Shown here: positions 1-9,321 of the stretch, one piece after another
Layout of the letters: each line of letters opens with the position of its first letter
Numbering within the stretch: position 1 is the first letter of the stretch
Assembly (NCBI GenBank): GCA_041752895.1
Contig: JBGSVS010000541.1
Location: 1 to 38,875 of the forward strand
DNA length: 38,875 bases
DNA from: Tabrizicola sp.
GTDB taxonomy: Bacteria; Pseudomonadota; Alphaproteobacteria; Rhodobacterales; Rhodobacteraceae
Direction: 5' to 3'
The notes under the pieces: model-generated
The model's input: the letters and a program-made list of their open reading frames with translations, nothing else
Databases searched by the model: none
Told to the model about the DNA's origin: nothing
Program-made: the position numbers and the translations under genes

Positions 1-403
1 ACCCGCCCGCCGCAGCGATGTGCTGCGCCAGCACACCGCGCAACGCTGGCCCCAACCGCAGATCGACCTGCCCCACGATTCCGGCCGCGACCTGCACGGG
101 TCCATAAAGCCCGCTGGCCGCCATCGCCGCCTGACCGTTCAGAAACTCCGTCTCGCCCAGCGAGGCCAACTCCGGCGGCCCCTCTGCCCGCAACATCCCC
201 CGCGCCTGTACCGCGACGGTCGCCCGGATGTCATGCCCGGACGTAAGGTCGGCCACATGCTCATCCAGCAGATAGCGCAGACCCGGGCGGTGGTAGAGGT
301 GATGGTGCGCGTCGATCACCCGCTGGCCCGGATCGAAGGGCTTCTCGTGCAGCAAGGCAAGCCAGTCGGGGCGCAGCTCGAAAGCTGTTGGTGAACGGGT
401 CAT
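1..403 (-). CDS. Amidohydrolase family protein (Amidohydro_2 / sugar lactonase-like); the 3' part runs off the window edge
   Basis: Not in the ORF track. Manual translation from ATG at 403 (SD AAGGAAGG upstream) gives MTRSPTAFELRPDWLALLHEKPFDPGQRVIDAHHHLYHRPGLRYLLDEHVADLTSGHDIRATVAVQA...GETEF, with the IDAHHH metal-binding motif. Confidence 0.85.
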   Translation of the reverse strand, partial: MTRSPTAFELRPDWLALLHEKPFDPGQRVIDAHHHLYHRPGLRYLLDEHVADLTSGHDIRATVAVQARGMLRAEGPPELASLGETEFLNGQAAMAASGLYGPVQVAAGIVGQVDLRLGPALRGVLAQHIAAAGG

Positions 404-809
404 GCCGGGCCCTTCCTTGCCCGCAAGGGCATCGCCGTCCGATCCTTTCCCGAAGCAGCCCCTTTTCTCAAGCCAAACCCGATCCCGCCGTTTTGCGGAA
501 AGTGAGAAAGTCGTTTGCACCCTGTAAGGCTACTGCGCCCACGGCGAGGTGGTAGCGTCTTCCTGCCAAGACCGCTCTCTGTCGGTGCCATACGAAACGG
601 CAGAGGGCATGTCAGGAAAATGGTGCAGGTCACGTTCGTGGCAAGGCATCGGCTTCGGGCCCACGGATGCGCCAACGGGTGGGGAGCCCAAAGCGCGCCA
701 CCGTGGCAAGGCGATAGGCATCGGTAGCAGTGCCATGGCGGGATGTCGCTACGCAAAGTGAGGGCGGACGGACCCGAAGGGACGGACCGCGAACAAGAGG
801 GAGAGAACG

Positions 810-1775
810 ATGAACTTCACGAAAAAGGCGGCCGCAGGGCTGCTCGTCTCGTCGGCTTTGGTGGCTGGACAGGCAATGGCCGAGGGCAAGACCTATGGCC
901 TGATCGTCAACAACATGGCGTTCCCCTACAACGTCGTTCTGGCCGACGGCTTCAAGGCGGCGGTCGAAGCGGGCGGCGACACGGCAGTGATCCTCGATTC
1001 CAAGATGAGCGTGGAAACCCAGGCCAACCAGTTCGACGACCTGATGTCGCAGGGCGTGGACGGGATCGCCTTCATGGCAAATGACTCGGTCGCCGTGATG
1101 GCACTGGTCGACAAGGTTGCTGAGGCGGGCATCCCGATCGTCGCCGCTGCCGTTCCGGTGGGCGACCCCAACGTGAACCCGGTCGATTACGCCTATCCGA
1201 ACCTTAACGCTCTCGTCTCGACCCAGGACGTGATCGCGGGCCAGGTGGCCGGCGTCTATGCCGCCAGCGTGCTGCCGAAGGACCGTGAAGTGAAGATCGC
1301 AGTTGTCGAAGGTGCTCCTGGATTTGCGGTGGTCGAGCAGCGCCAGGACGGCTTTGAGGCCGCGCTGAAAGAGGCGGGCATCCAATACAGCATCGTATCC
1401 TCCCAGCCCTCGGACTGGACGCCGGATTCGGGCGAACAGATCTGCGCCAACGCGCTGACCGCCAACCCTGATCTTGACGTGATCTTCAGCCATGCCGACG
1501 ATATGGCGCTTGGCTGCGCCAAAGCGATTTCGGCTGCTGGGTCCAAAGCCCGTCTGATTGCCACCGGCGGCGGCTCGGCCCTTGGCGCTGTGGCCATTCA
1601 GAACGGCGAGATCGAGGCATCGGTCTGCACTCAGCCGGGACTGATCGGCAAACTGGCCGGTGAAGAATTGCAAAAGGCCGTAGCGGACCCGGCCAATGCC
1701 AAGAAGGGCCAATACGTCACCTATGACATGCAGGCCCTTACCAAGGACAACGTCGACAGCTGCCCGAAGTGGTAG
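810..1775 (+). CDS. Sugar ABC transporter substrate-binding protein (RbsB-like, CUT2)
   Basis: Signal peptide ending AMA; periplasmic binding protein type I motifs (QANQFDDLMSQGVDGI, RQDGF, DDMALG); SD GGGAG. Confidence 0.93.
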   Translation: MNFTKKAAAGLLVSSALVAGQAMAEGKTYGLIVNNMAFPYNVVLADGFKAAVEAGGDTAVILDSKMSVETQANQFDDLMSQGVDGIAFMANDSVAVMALVDKVAEAGIPIVAAAVPVGDPNVNPVDYAYPNLNALVSTQDVIAGQVAGVYAASVLPKDREVKIAVVEGAPGFAVVEQRQDGFEAALKEAGIQYSIVSSQPSDWTPDSGEQICANALTANPDLDVIFSHADDMALGCAKAISAAGSKARLIATGGGSALGAVAIQNGEIEASVCTQPGLIGKLAGEELQKAVADPANAKKGQYVTYDMQALTKDNVDSCPKW

Positions 1776-1801
1776 CCTCTCGCCTTTGGGCCTGACGACG
1801 G

Positions 1802-1827
1802 GGACGGTGCCTGCAGGGGTGCCGTCC
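1802..1827 (+). terminator. Intercistronic hairpin after the SBP gene (mRNA stabiliser or partial terminator)
   Basis: GGACGGTGCC...GGTGCCGTCC stem with G-U pairs, between SBP and ATPase genes. Confidence 0.5.
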
Positions 1828-1898
1828 AACCTTAAAGGCGGCTCCTGATCCCGGATCACCGGAGTGCCACGCCCCAAGCTTCTTCGCAGGACAATCCG

Positions 1899-3449
1899 AT
1901 GCAGGCTGCCCAGCCGATCATGCAACTTCGCGGGGTCGAAAAGTCTTTCGGCAACAGGACGATTGCGCTGCGTGGCGTCAATCTTGACCTGGAGTTGGGC
2001 AAAGTGCACGGCCTTCTGGGCGCGAACGGGGCCGGAAAATCCACGCTGATCAAGATCCTTTCGGGGGCCTATTTCGCCACCCGCGGCGAGATCATCTGGC
2101 GCGGCGCGCCGGTTCACTGGGACAGCCCCAAGGCAGCCAAGGCGATGGGGGTAGCGACCGTCCACCAGCACATCCCGCTGGTGCCAACGCTGACGATCCT
2201 TGAAAACGTCTTTCTCGACGACGACGGTCTTTGGCGCAGCTCGGCTGCGCTGCGTCGCCGTTTCGCCGCCCTGTGTGACCGCATGGGCTACTGGCTTGAT
2301 CCCGACCGGCTGGTCAGCAATCTGTCCATAGGCCAGCGCCAGATGGTGTCGATTCTTCAGGCGCAAAGTGCCGGCGCGGACCTGATCGTTCTGGACGAAC
2401 CCACGGCATCCCTGGCGCTGGATGAACGCGAGCTGGTCTATGCCGCCGTCAAGCGGCTGTCGCAACAGGATAACAAGGCGGTCGTCTTCGTCTCGCATTT
2501 CCTGGATGAGGTGATGGCCCTGACCGATCGGGTCACCGTCCTGCGTGACGGCATTGTCGCGATGACCGCCGAGACCCGCGACCTGAACGAAAGCCTGATT
2601 GCCGAGGCGATCGTGGGCAAGCAGGTCGCCGCTATGGAAAACGCGCCACGCCGCCATGCCCAGACCGCGCGCCCTGCCGGAGAGGTGCCGCGTCTCCGCT
2701 TGCGCAACCTTGCCTCGCCCGGGCGCCTTGATCCCGTCACACTTGACCTGGCACCGGGTGAGGTGGTCGGCATCGCGGGTCTGCTGGGGTCGGGCCGCAG
2801 TGAACTTCTGCACGCCATCTTCGGGGCGGACGCCCAGGCCACGGGTGAGGTGCTTCTGGACGGCAAACCCTTTGCCCGCAGCACGGGCGCGGCCGTTGCA
2901 GCCGGCATTGGCCTTGTGCCGGAAGACCGCAACCGGCAGGGACTCATCCCGGACTTTGAAATCTGGCGCAACATCAGCCTTCCGGCCCTCGACGGTGTTC
3001 TGACCGCCGGGACTGTCCTCAGCGCCACCAAGGAACGCGAACGCGCCTGGCAGGCAATCCGGATGCTGTCGATCAAGGCAAGCTCGCCCGACATTCTGGT
3101 CACTGACCTTAGCGGCGGAAATGCGCAGAAGGTGACCATCGCCAAATGGTTCTTCAGCGACGTCAGGCTTTTCCTTCTGGACGAACCGACCGCGGGCATC
3201 GATATCGGCGCCAAGGCCGACATCCTGCGCCTCGTCCGGCAACTGGCCGACGATGGCAAGTCGGTGATCATTGTATCGTCCGAGTTCGAGGAGTTGCTGG
3301 CCGTCTCGGACCGCATCCTCGTCATGCGCGACGGCAAATGCGTGGCCGAACGCTCGGCCCACGAAGTGACGGAACACTCGCTCCTGCTTCTGGCCGGTGG
3401 CCAGAGCGCCGTCGAGCCAGACACACAGCATATGACGAACGGCGGGTGA
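1899..3449 (+). CDS. Sugar ABC transporter ATP-binding protein with two ABC domains (RbsA-like)
   Basis: Walker A GANGAGKS, LDEPT twice, second domain GLLGSGRSE, signature LSGGNAQK. Confidence 0.95.
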   Translation: MQAAQPIMQLRGVEKSFGNRTIALRGVNLDLELGKVHGLLGANGAGKSTLIKILSGAYFATRGEIIWRGAPVHWDSPKAAKAMGVATVHQHIPLVPTLTILENVFLDDDGLWRSSAALRRRFAALCDRMGYWLDPDRLVSNLSIGQRQMVSILQAQSAGADLIVLDEPTASLALDERELVYAAVKRLSQQDNKAVVFVSHFLDEVMALTDRVTVLRDGIVAMTAETRDLNESLIAEAIVGKQVAAMENAPRRHAQTARPAGEVPRLRLRNLASPGRLDPVTLDLAPGEVVGIAGLLGSGRSELLHAIFGADAQATGEVLLDGKPFARSTGAAVAAGIGLVPEDRNRQGLIPDFEIWRNISLPALDGVLTAGTVLSATKERERAWQAIRMLSIKASSPDILVTDLSGGNAQKVTIAKWFFSDVRLFLLDEPTAGIDIGAKADILRLVRQLADDGKSVIIVSSEFEELLAVSDRILVMRDGKCVAERSAHEVTEHSLLLLAGGQSAVEPDTQHMTNGG

Positions 3450-3452
3450 CGG

Positions 3453-4667
3453 ATGAGCGTGGAACACATTCAGCAAGCTGAAAGGTCGGTCATGGCTGCC
3501 ACGGAACCAAAGCAGGCGCAGGCCAACTGGCGCAGGATTTTCGGTCTGCAAGAGATGGGTGTCTATTACGCCCTGTTCGTTCTGATCGCCACGCTCACTA
3601 TCGCCACGGCCTCGGTCGGTCAGATGAACTATCTGACGGTGCAGAACCTGTCGAACGTGGTCTATCAGACCTCGCTGATCGGCATGATGGCCGTCGCTAT
3701 GACGGTCGTCCTGATCAGCGGGAACTTCGACCTGTCCGTTGCCTCGGTCGCTGCCTTTGCGGCCGTGGTCATGGTTGCCAATTCGGCCACCCTGGGCTTC
3801 TGGCCCGCCTTCGGCCTGTCCCTTGGTGCGGCGATGCTTCTGGGATTCATAAACGGGGCCATCGTGCAATGGGTCGGCATCAACGCCTTCATTGTGACGC
3901 TTGGGACAATGACGGCCGTGCGGGGTCTTATCCTGCTTTACAGCGACGGTCGGTCGGTTTCCGTTTCGGACCCGGACGTGACCGCAAGCATGAACGCTTT
4001 CGAAGGCGGCAAGTGGGAAGGGTTCTGGCTCATTGTTATCCTTGGTGCCGCGCTATTGGCCGCAGGCCTATACACCGGCCTGCGCGACGCCTCGACCCGC
4101 ACTCCGCTACGTCCCAGGACACTTGGGTTGTCGCTGGGCGGAGCGTTCCTTCTGTTCCTCGGCTGGGCTTCGGGTGGCAGCTTCCCGATCCGCAATCCGG
4201 TGATCTATCTGGCCATCTTTACCGGCCTTGTGTGGTTCACGCTGCGCTTCACCAAGATCGGCCGTCGTATTTATGCCGTAGGTGGCAACCCCGAGGCGGC
4301 GCGGCTTTCGGGCATCAACGTCACCAAGTACCGCCTTCTCGCATTTGTCTTCTGCAGCACGGTCGCGGGCTTCGCGGGCATCCTTTTTGCCAGCCGTCTA
4401 CGGTCGATGAATCCAACGGGGCTGGAAGGCGCGGAACTGACCGTCATCGCGGCTGCGATCCTTGGCGGCACCTCGCTGTTCGGCGGCGCAGGCAGCGTAA
4501 TCAAGACGCTGGCGGGAGCACTTCTCCTGTATAGCCTGACCAACGGCTTCAACATCCTGAACCTGGGCGCGAACTGGCAGGGCCTGATCGAAGGCTGCGT
4601 CGTCGTCGCGGCGGCGGCGGTCTACACTGTCGGGGACAAGCGCAGCAAATCTAAGACCAGCGGTTGA
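3453..4667 (+). CDS. Sugar ABC transporter permease (RbsC/XylH-like)
   Basis: FDLSV, FIVTLG, GRRIYAVGGNPEAARLSGI and AAAILGGTSLFGG motifs; multiple hydrophobic segments. Confidence 0.93.
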   Translation: MSVEHIQQAERSVMAATEPKQAQANWRRIFGLQEMGVYYALFVLIATLTIATASVGQMNYLTVQNLSNVVYQTSLIGMMAVAMTVVLISGNFDLSVASVAAFAAVVMVANSATLGFWPAFGLSLGAAMLLGFINGAIVQWVGINAFIVTLGTMTAVRGLILLYSDGRSVSVSDPDVTASMNAFEGGKWEGFWLIVILGAALLAAGLYTGLRDASTRTPLRPRTLGLSLGGAFLLFLGWASGGSFPIRNPVIYLAIFTGLVWFTLRFTKIGRRIYAVGGNPEAARLSGINVTKYRLLAFVFCSTVAGFAGILFASRLRSMNPTGLEGAELTVIAAAILGGTSLFGGAGSVIKTLAGALLLYSLTNGFNILNLGANWQGLIEGCVVVAAAAVYTVGDKRSKSKTSG

Positions 4668-4979
4668 TGCGGCGTCCGAAGCGACGGACGGCGGCGTCTG
4701 ATCTTGGGCTTGAGGTACCGAGCGCGAAGGGCGGCACATCCAGTATTCCTTTGGTTTAGTGTAGACTTGACCTCGACATGGCCCACCGGGTTCTTGAACG
4801 ACAATGTGTGGAACTTGGAATCGAAGGCCAATCGAGACCGAAAGACAGACCCGTCTGAGTTTCAGACTAAGTCGGAAGCGATTGTCCGGTAGCCCGCGAA
4901 CGGCGGCTAAGGGCCGTCCTCGTTTGTCATCGTTCAAAGTTCATAGAGCAATTTGCAGGCGCGGAAATCGTCGCTTAGG

Positions 4980-6248
4980 TCAAACGGACAGCAGCGGCCT
5001 TTCGTCGCCTGCGGCGATGGCCAGCCCGTCCGCGACAGCCGTGAACACCTCACTAAAGGAGTGAGCTGCTTTCGGAAACACGTCTCTCATCGTCTGCGAG
5101 ACCAGGGACATCAGGCTGGAGCCTCCGACATAGACCACCTTCTCGACCTGGGCTGGGTCCAGGCCCGCGATCCGCAGCGTCTCGCGCGCGCCTTCCGCCA
5201 GTGCGTCAGTATAGCGGGCAAGGGTTTCAGCCAGGGAGTCCGCCGACAGGGGAACGGCCAGGCCCGGCTCGATCCCGTCCAGCAGGATGGATGCGCTGGC
5301 ATCCCCGCTGTTGGACGCGATCTTGCCGCGCTCCACGGCGAAGCTCAGCTCGTGCCCCAGTTCATCCTCCAACACCTTCGCCAGACGAGCCAATTTCTCT
5401 GGCTGATGCGCCAACCGCACCATCTCGGCAGCAAGCCTGTGGTTCTGCGGCGTATAGAGAAACGCGATCTTCTCCCAGGTCGCAAGGTCGTGGAAGATAG
5501 CATTCGGGGTCGGGGTGCTGCCCGAGCCCAGGACCTTTCGCAGGTCGGTCCCCTTGCCCAGATGCGGCATCACCCGGTCGATACTGATCGCCCTGTCGAA
5601 ATCCGTCCCGCCGATGCGTACGCCGTGGTTGGCGAGGATCGTCACTCCCTCGCGGCCTGAGCGGAACAGCGAGTAGTCCGAGGTGCCGCCGCCCACATCG
5701 ACGATCAACCCGGTTCCCCCCTGGTCCCCGAGCGCGCCGCTCGCGATGGCGGCGGCCTGCGGCTCGGGCATGAACGCCACCTCACGGAAACCGGCCGCCA
5801 GGTAACAGGCGCGCAGATCCGCTTCGGCTGCGTCTTCGCGGGGGTCCCCTGCAGCATGGAACACCACCGGCCGCCCCGACAGGACACGGTCGAAAGTCAT
5901 CCCGGCCTCTGCTTCGGCCCGCGACTTCACCTGGGCCAGGAAGCGTGCGATGATGTCGACGAAGGTCACCCGTTCGTTTAAGAGCTGCCGGGGCTCATGC
6001 ATAAGGGGCGTGCCAAGGATGCGTTTGAGCGCACGCATGAAACGTCCGTGAGCGCCCTCGAGCAGCGCCTGGTTTGCCGGCTCGCCGATCAGCATCCTCC
6101 GCGTGTCGAAGTCGAAGAAGAAGGTCGTGGGGATCGTGGTCTGGCCGCGCGCGAAGGAGATGAGGCGGGGTCGGCCATCCTGAAGATAGCCAGCGGCCGT
6201 ATTTGAAGTGCCGAAGTCCACCCCGAGCCCAGGTGCATTGGACGCCAT
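4980..6248 (-). CDS. yegD: Hsp70-family protein, YegD-like (ATPase domain only)
   Basis: GVDFGTSN, GRPVVF, EPQAAA, VDVGGGTSD, IGGTDFD and VGGSS motifs; SD AAGGA upstream of ATG 6248. Confidence 0.88.
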   Translation of the reverse strand: MASNAPGLGVDFGTSNTAAGYLQDGRPRLISFARGQTTIPTTFFFDFDTRRMLIGEPANQALLEGAHGRFMRALKRILGTPLMHEPRQLLNERVTFVDIIARFLAQVKSRAEAEAGMTFDRVLSGRPVVFHAAGDPREDAAEADLRACYLAAGFREVAFMPEPQAAAIASGALGDQGGTGLIVDVGGGTSDYSLFRSGREGVTILANHGVRIGGTDFDRAISIDRVMPHLGKGTDLRKVLGSGSTPTPNAIFHDLATWEKIAFLYTPQNHRLAAEMVRLAHQPEKLARLAKVLEDELGHELSFAVERGKIASNSGDASASILLDGIEPGLAVPLSADSLAETLARYTDALAEGARETLRIAGLDPAQVEKVVYVGGSSLMSLVSQTMRDVFPKAAHSFSEVFTAVADGLAIAAGDERPLLSV

Positions 6249-6542
6249 GTTCACAATCCTTGTGCCCCCCGGAGCCGGTGTCCGTAGGCGGCGCGCAGGA
6301 AGGTGTCAAGCGAGTGGTGGGCGCGAGCTGTAGACCTGGTTTGCATATTGCGAAGCACAGGAGCACTGGATTGAATACTGGGCACGCCTGAGATCCGGGC
6401 AAGATGACCGGCGGCTTTGGACCGGGAGCGACCCTAGGTGTTTACAGAGCAATCCATTTTGGTCGGCTGGTGGTACTTGATACCGCCGATTGACCATCGC
6501 TGCCGCTCCGGGCCGAGGTGAAGTGATTGCGGCGTTAGGCTT

Positions 6543-7427
6543 CTAGATGTCCACGTACTTGCGCCAGCTGTGTTCTTCACGAAATCCAAGGAGATCGCGC
6601 GCCTTACGGTTCGACATCGGAGCTTCGTGGCCCGCTAGTGGCCGCGTTATGTGCGAAGTTGGGTAGTAGTCCCGTGCCAGGTCGGCGGTAGGGCGATCGA
6701 CGTTGTTTTCGTCGTTCACCGCATTGAACACCTGGTAACCTAGCCCGTCGGTCAGCAGACAGCGCTCGACGATCTGGCCAAGGTCGCGGGCGTCGACATA
6801 GCCGAAGTGGTTGCGCCGCCGCAGTTCAGGATCGGTGATGTAGCGGGGAAAGTCGGTGTACTCGTGCGGCTCGATCACATTGGCGATCCGAAGCGCATAG
6901 ATATCGGCCCCCGAGCGTCGTTGGAACACCTGCGCGGTCTGCTCGTTGACCAGCTTCGACAGCGCATAGCTGTCGGTCGGGATCGTCGGACTTTCTTCGG
7001 TGATCGGCAGTTCCGGCGGATCGACCCGGCCCTTGGCAAAGCAGACGCCATAGACCGTTTCGGACGAGGCGATGACGATCTTGGCGATGCCCAGCTTCAC
7101 CGCCGCTTCGATCACATTGTAGGTCCCAAGGGTATTGACGCGGAAACACACGTCGTCTGGCACCAGAAGAATGCGTGGCACGGCGGCGAAATGAACGACC
7201 GCATCGACCCTAGGCATATCGCCGGGCTCCAGCTCGTCGAACCCGAAGTAGCCGGACATCGCGTTGAACATCTGGCCGGAGTCGGTGATGTCGGCGATCA
7301 GGTTGTCGACGCCGGGCAGGTCAAGCGGGCTTAGGTCGACATTCAGCACCCGATGTCCCCGCGCCAAGAGCCAGGCAACCACATGCCGTCCCGCCTTGCC
7401 CGAGCCACCCGTGAAGATGATGCGCAT
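6543..7427 (-). CDS. NAD-dependent epimerase/dehydratase family oxidoreductase (extended SDR)
   Basis: Start MRIIFTGGSGKAG (Rossmann fold) with SD GGGAGG; HFAA, ASSETVYG and catalytic YALSK. Confidence 0.9.
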   Translation of the reverse strand: MRIIFTGGSGKAGRHVVAWLLARGHRVLNVDLSPLDLPGVDNLIADITDSGQMFNAMSGYFGFDELEPGDMPRVDAVVHFAAVPRILLVPDDVCFRVNTLGTYNVIEAAVKLGIAKIVIASSETVYGVCFAKGRVDPPELPITEESPTIPTDSYALSKLVNEQTAQVFQRRSGADIYALRIANVIEPHEYTDFPRYITDPELRRRNHFGYVDARDLGQIVERCLLTDGLGYQVFNAVNDENNVDRPTADLARDYYPTSHITRPLAGHEAPMSNRKARDLLGFREEHSWRKYVDI

Positions 7428-7483
7428 TGCCAGCCTCCCCGCGGTCCTGATCCAGCGTTGACTCGACTTCCTCTCGGCAGTAT

Positions 7484-7524
7484 CGTTCAAATGACAAGAA
7501 TACAAGTTCAAATATGAACTGTAT
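7484..7524. promoter_or_regulatory. Putative IclR operator pair
   Basis: Perfect inverted repeat AGTTCA-AATA-TGAACT (7505-7520) plus a weaker site CGTTCAAATG 21 bp upstream, in the divergent promoter region; a similar pair occurs at 13593-13629. Confidence 0.65.
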
Positions 7525-7537
7525 GGGAGGGCAGCCG

Positions 7538-8428
7538 ATGACGCTCCGCTGGAGCAGGGTGGCGCCGCAATTGGCACTGGCACCCGCGCTCGTCGTGACG
7601 CTGGTCGGCTTCCTCGGGACGATCTGCTGGACGGTCTACATGTCCTTCACCCAAAGCCGGCGCTTCCCGGACTACACGATTGACCCGGACAAATGGGCCT
7701 CGCAGTACCAGCGCCTTTTCGGCAACGAGACCTGGTGGCTGGCCCTGCAGAACCTGGCCGTGCTGGCAATAGGTTCGGCGCTCGCCATCGTCTTCGGCTT
7801 CATCCTGGCCGCACTGATCGAGCGTGAGAAGCGGGGCGAGGGCTTCTTCCGCACCGTCTTCCTGTATCCGCTGGCGATCTCGCTGATTGTCACCGGCCTG
7901 GTCTGGCGCTGGATCTTCAACCCCTCGCTTGGTCTGCAGGCCTACTTGCGCGGCCTTGGCTGGGAAAGCGCGAGCTTCAACTGGCTCGCCGAAAGCCACA
8001 CGGCGATGTACGGCATCATCCTCGCCTCGATCTGGCACGGGCTTGGCTTCTACATGGCGCTGATGCTCGCCGGGCTGAAGTCGATCAACACCGAGATCTG
8101 GAGCGCTGCGCGCCTCGATGGTGTGGGCATCTGGCGGCTTTATACCGAGATCATCATCCCGATGATGAAGTTCACCTTCCTGACTTGCGCGATCCTGTTA
8201 TCGCTGGGAGTAGTCAAAGCGTTCGATATTGTCGTCGCGATGACGAACGGGGGTCCGGGCACCTCCACCTGGACCCCCGCCTATTTCGCGATCAACGCGT
8301 ATTCGACCCGGTCGAACATCGGCTTCGCGTCGGCCGCGGCGGTGATCATGCTTCTGATCACGCTGGCGATCTTCCTGCCGCTGGTTTTGCTGACCCGCTG
8401 GCAGCAGAAGCGGGGTCAGGCGGCATGA
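7538..8428 (+). CDS. Carbohydrate ABC transporter permease (CUT1, MalF-like)
   Basis: EAA-loop variant SAARLDG; transmembrane segments; SD GGGAGG before ATG 7538. Confidence 0.92.
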   Translation: MTLRWSRVAPQLALAPALVVTLVGFLGTICWTVYMSFTQSRRFPDYTIDPDKWASQYQRLFGNETWWLALQNLAVLAIGSALAIVFGFILAALIEREKRGEGFFRTVFLYPLAISLIVTGLVWRWIFNPSLGLQAYLRGLGWESASFNWLAESHTAMYGIILASIWHGLGFYMALMLAGLKSINTEIWSAARLDGVGIWRLYTEIIIPMMKFTFLTCAILLSLGVVKAFDIVVAMTNGGPGTSTWTPAYFAINAYSTRSNIGFASAAAVIMLLITLAIFLPLVLLTRWQQKRGQAA

Positions 8429-9321
8429 CTGGCACGCTTTCCTCCCGCCCGCTTCTCTTGCCACGCAAGCGCCGGATCAAGGGCTCGTCCATCGCGATCC
8501 TGGTGTTCCTGACCATGGTCGCGCTCTTCATGGCGATCCCGCTTTACGTGGTCGTCGTGACCTCGTTCAAACCGATCGGCGAGATCACCCTGGGCCGCAT
8601 CTTCGCGCTCCCGGTCGAGTGGACGTTCGAGCCCTGGAGCAAGGCCTGGAACAACCTATGCACCGGGCTTTCCTGCGACGGGATCAAGCAGGGCTTCTGG
8701 AACTCGATCATGATCCTGGCCCCCAGCCTCGTCTTTTCCATCGGGCTATCGGCGGTCACCGGCTTTGCGCTGGCGCTCTGGAATGTGCGTTGGGCGGGGA
8801 CGTTCCTTTTTGTCCTCTTCATCTGCGCGTTCGTGCCGTTCCAGATCATCATGATCCCGCTGATCATCATCGTTGCCCAGCTTGGCATCTACGGCACGGT
8901 GTGGTCGGTGGCCGTGGTGCATGCGGTACTGGCGATGCCGCTGCTGACCCTGATCTTCCGCAATTTCTACAAGGATATCCCGGTCGAGATCATGAACGCC
9001 GCAATGATGGATTCCGGCAGCTTCTGGCGCATCTTCCGGGAAATCGTGCTGCCGATGTCGGGCAACATCATGGTGGTCGTGCTGATCCTGATGATCACCT
9101 CGGTCTGGAACGACTACCTTGTCGGCCTTACCTTCGGCGGGCTGACGGCGAAGCCGATGACGGTGATCCTGGCAAATTCCGTCGTCACCTCGCGCGGCGA
9201 AGTCATCCACAACGTCAACATGGCGGCCGCACTTCTGACAGCGATCCCGCCCTTGGTCGTCTACTTCGCGCTGGGGCGGTTCTTCGTCCAGGGCATCACC
9301 GCTGGCGCGATCAAGGGATAG
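8425..9321 (+). CDS. Carbohydrate ABC transporter permease (CUT1, MalG-like)
   Basis: ATGA overlap with the previous gene; DIPVEIMNAAMMD, VWNDYL and C-terminal QGITAGAIKG. Confidence 0.92.
   Translation: MTGTLSSRPLLLPRKRRIKGSSIAILVFLTMVALFMAIPLYVVVVTSFKPIGEITLGRIFALPVEWTFEPWSKAWNNLCTGLSCDGIKQGFWNSIMILAPSLVFSIGLSAVTGFALALWNVRWAGTFLFVLFICAFVPFQIIMIPLIIIVAQLGIYGTVWSVAVVHAVLAMPLLTLIFRNFYKDIPVEIMNAAMMDSGSFWRIFREIVLPMSGNIMVVVLILMITSVWNDYLVGLTFGGLTAKPMTVILANSVVTSRGEVIHNVNMAAALLTAIPPLVVYFALGRFFVQGITAGAIKG

Noticed and set aside
20-394. 124-aa plus-strand ORF
   Set aside because: Antisense to the real amidohydrolase gene on the minus strand
630-3869. 1079-aa minus-strand ORF
   Set aside because: Antisense shadow of the SBP, ATPase and permease genes, expected from high-GC codon bias; no recognisable domain
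7428-7583. N-terminal extension of the epimerase ORF and the 7514 start of the permease
   Set aside because: Both run through the promoter/operator region; good SD-ATG pairs exist at 7427 and 7538
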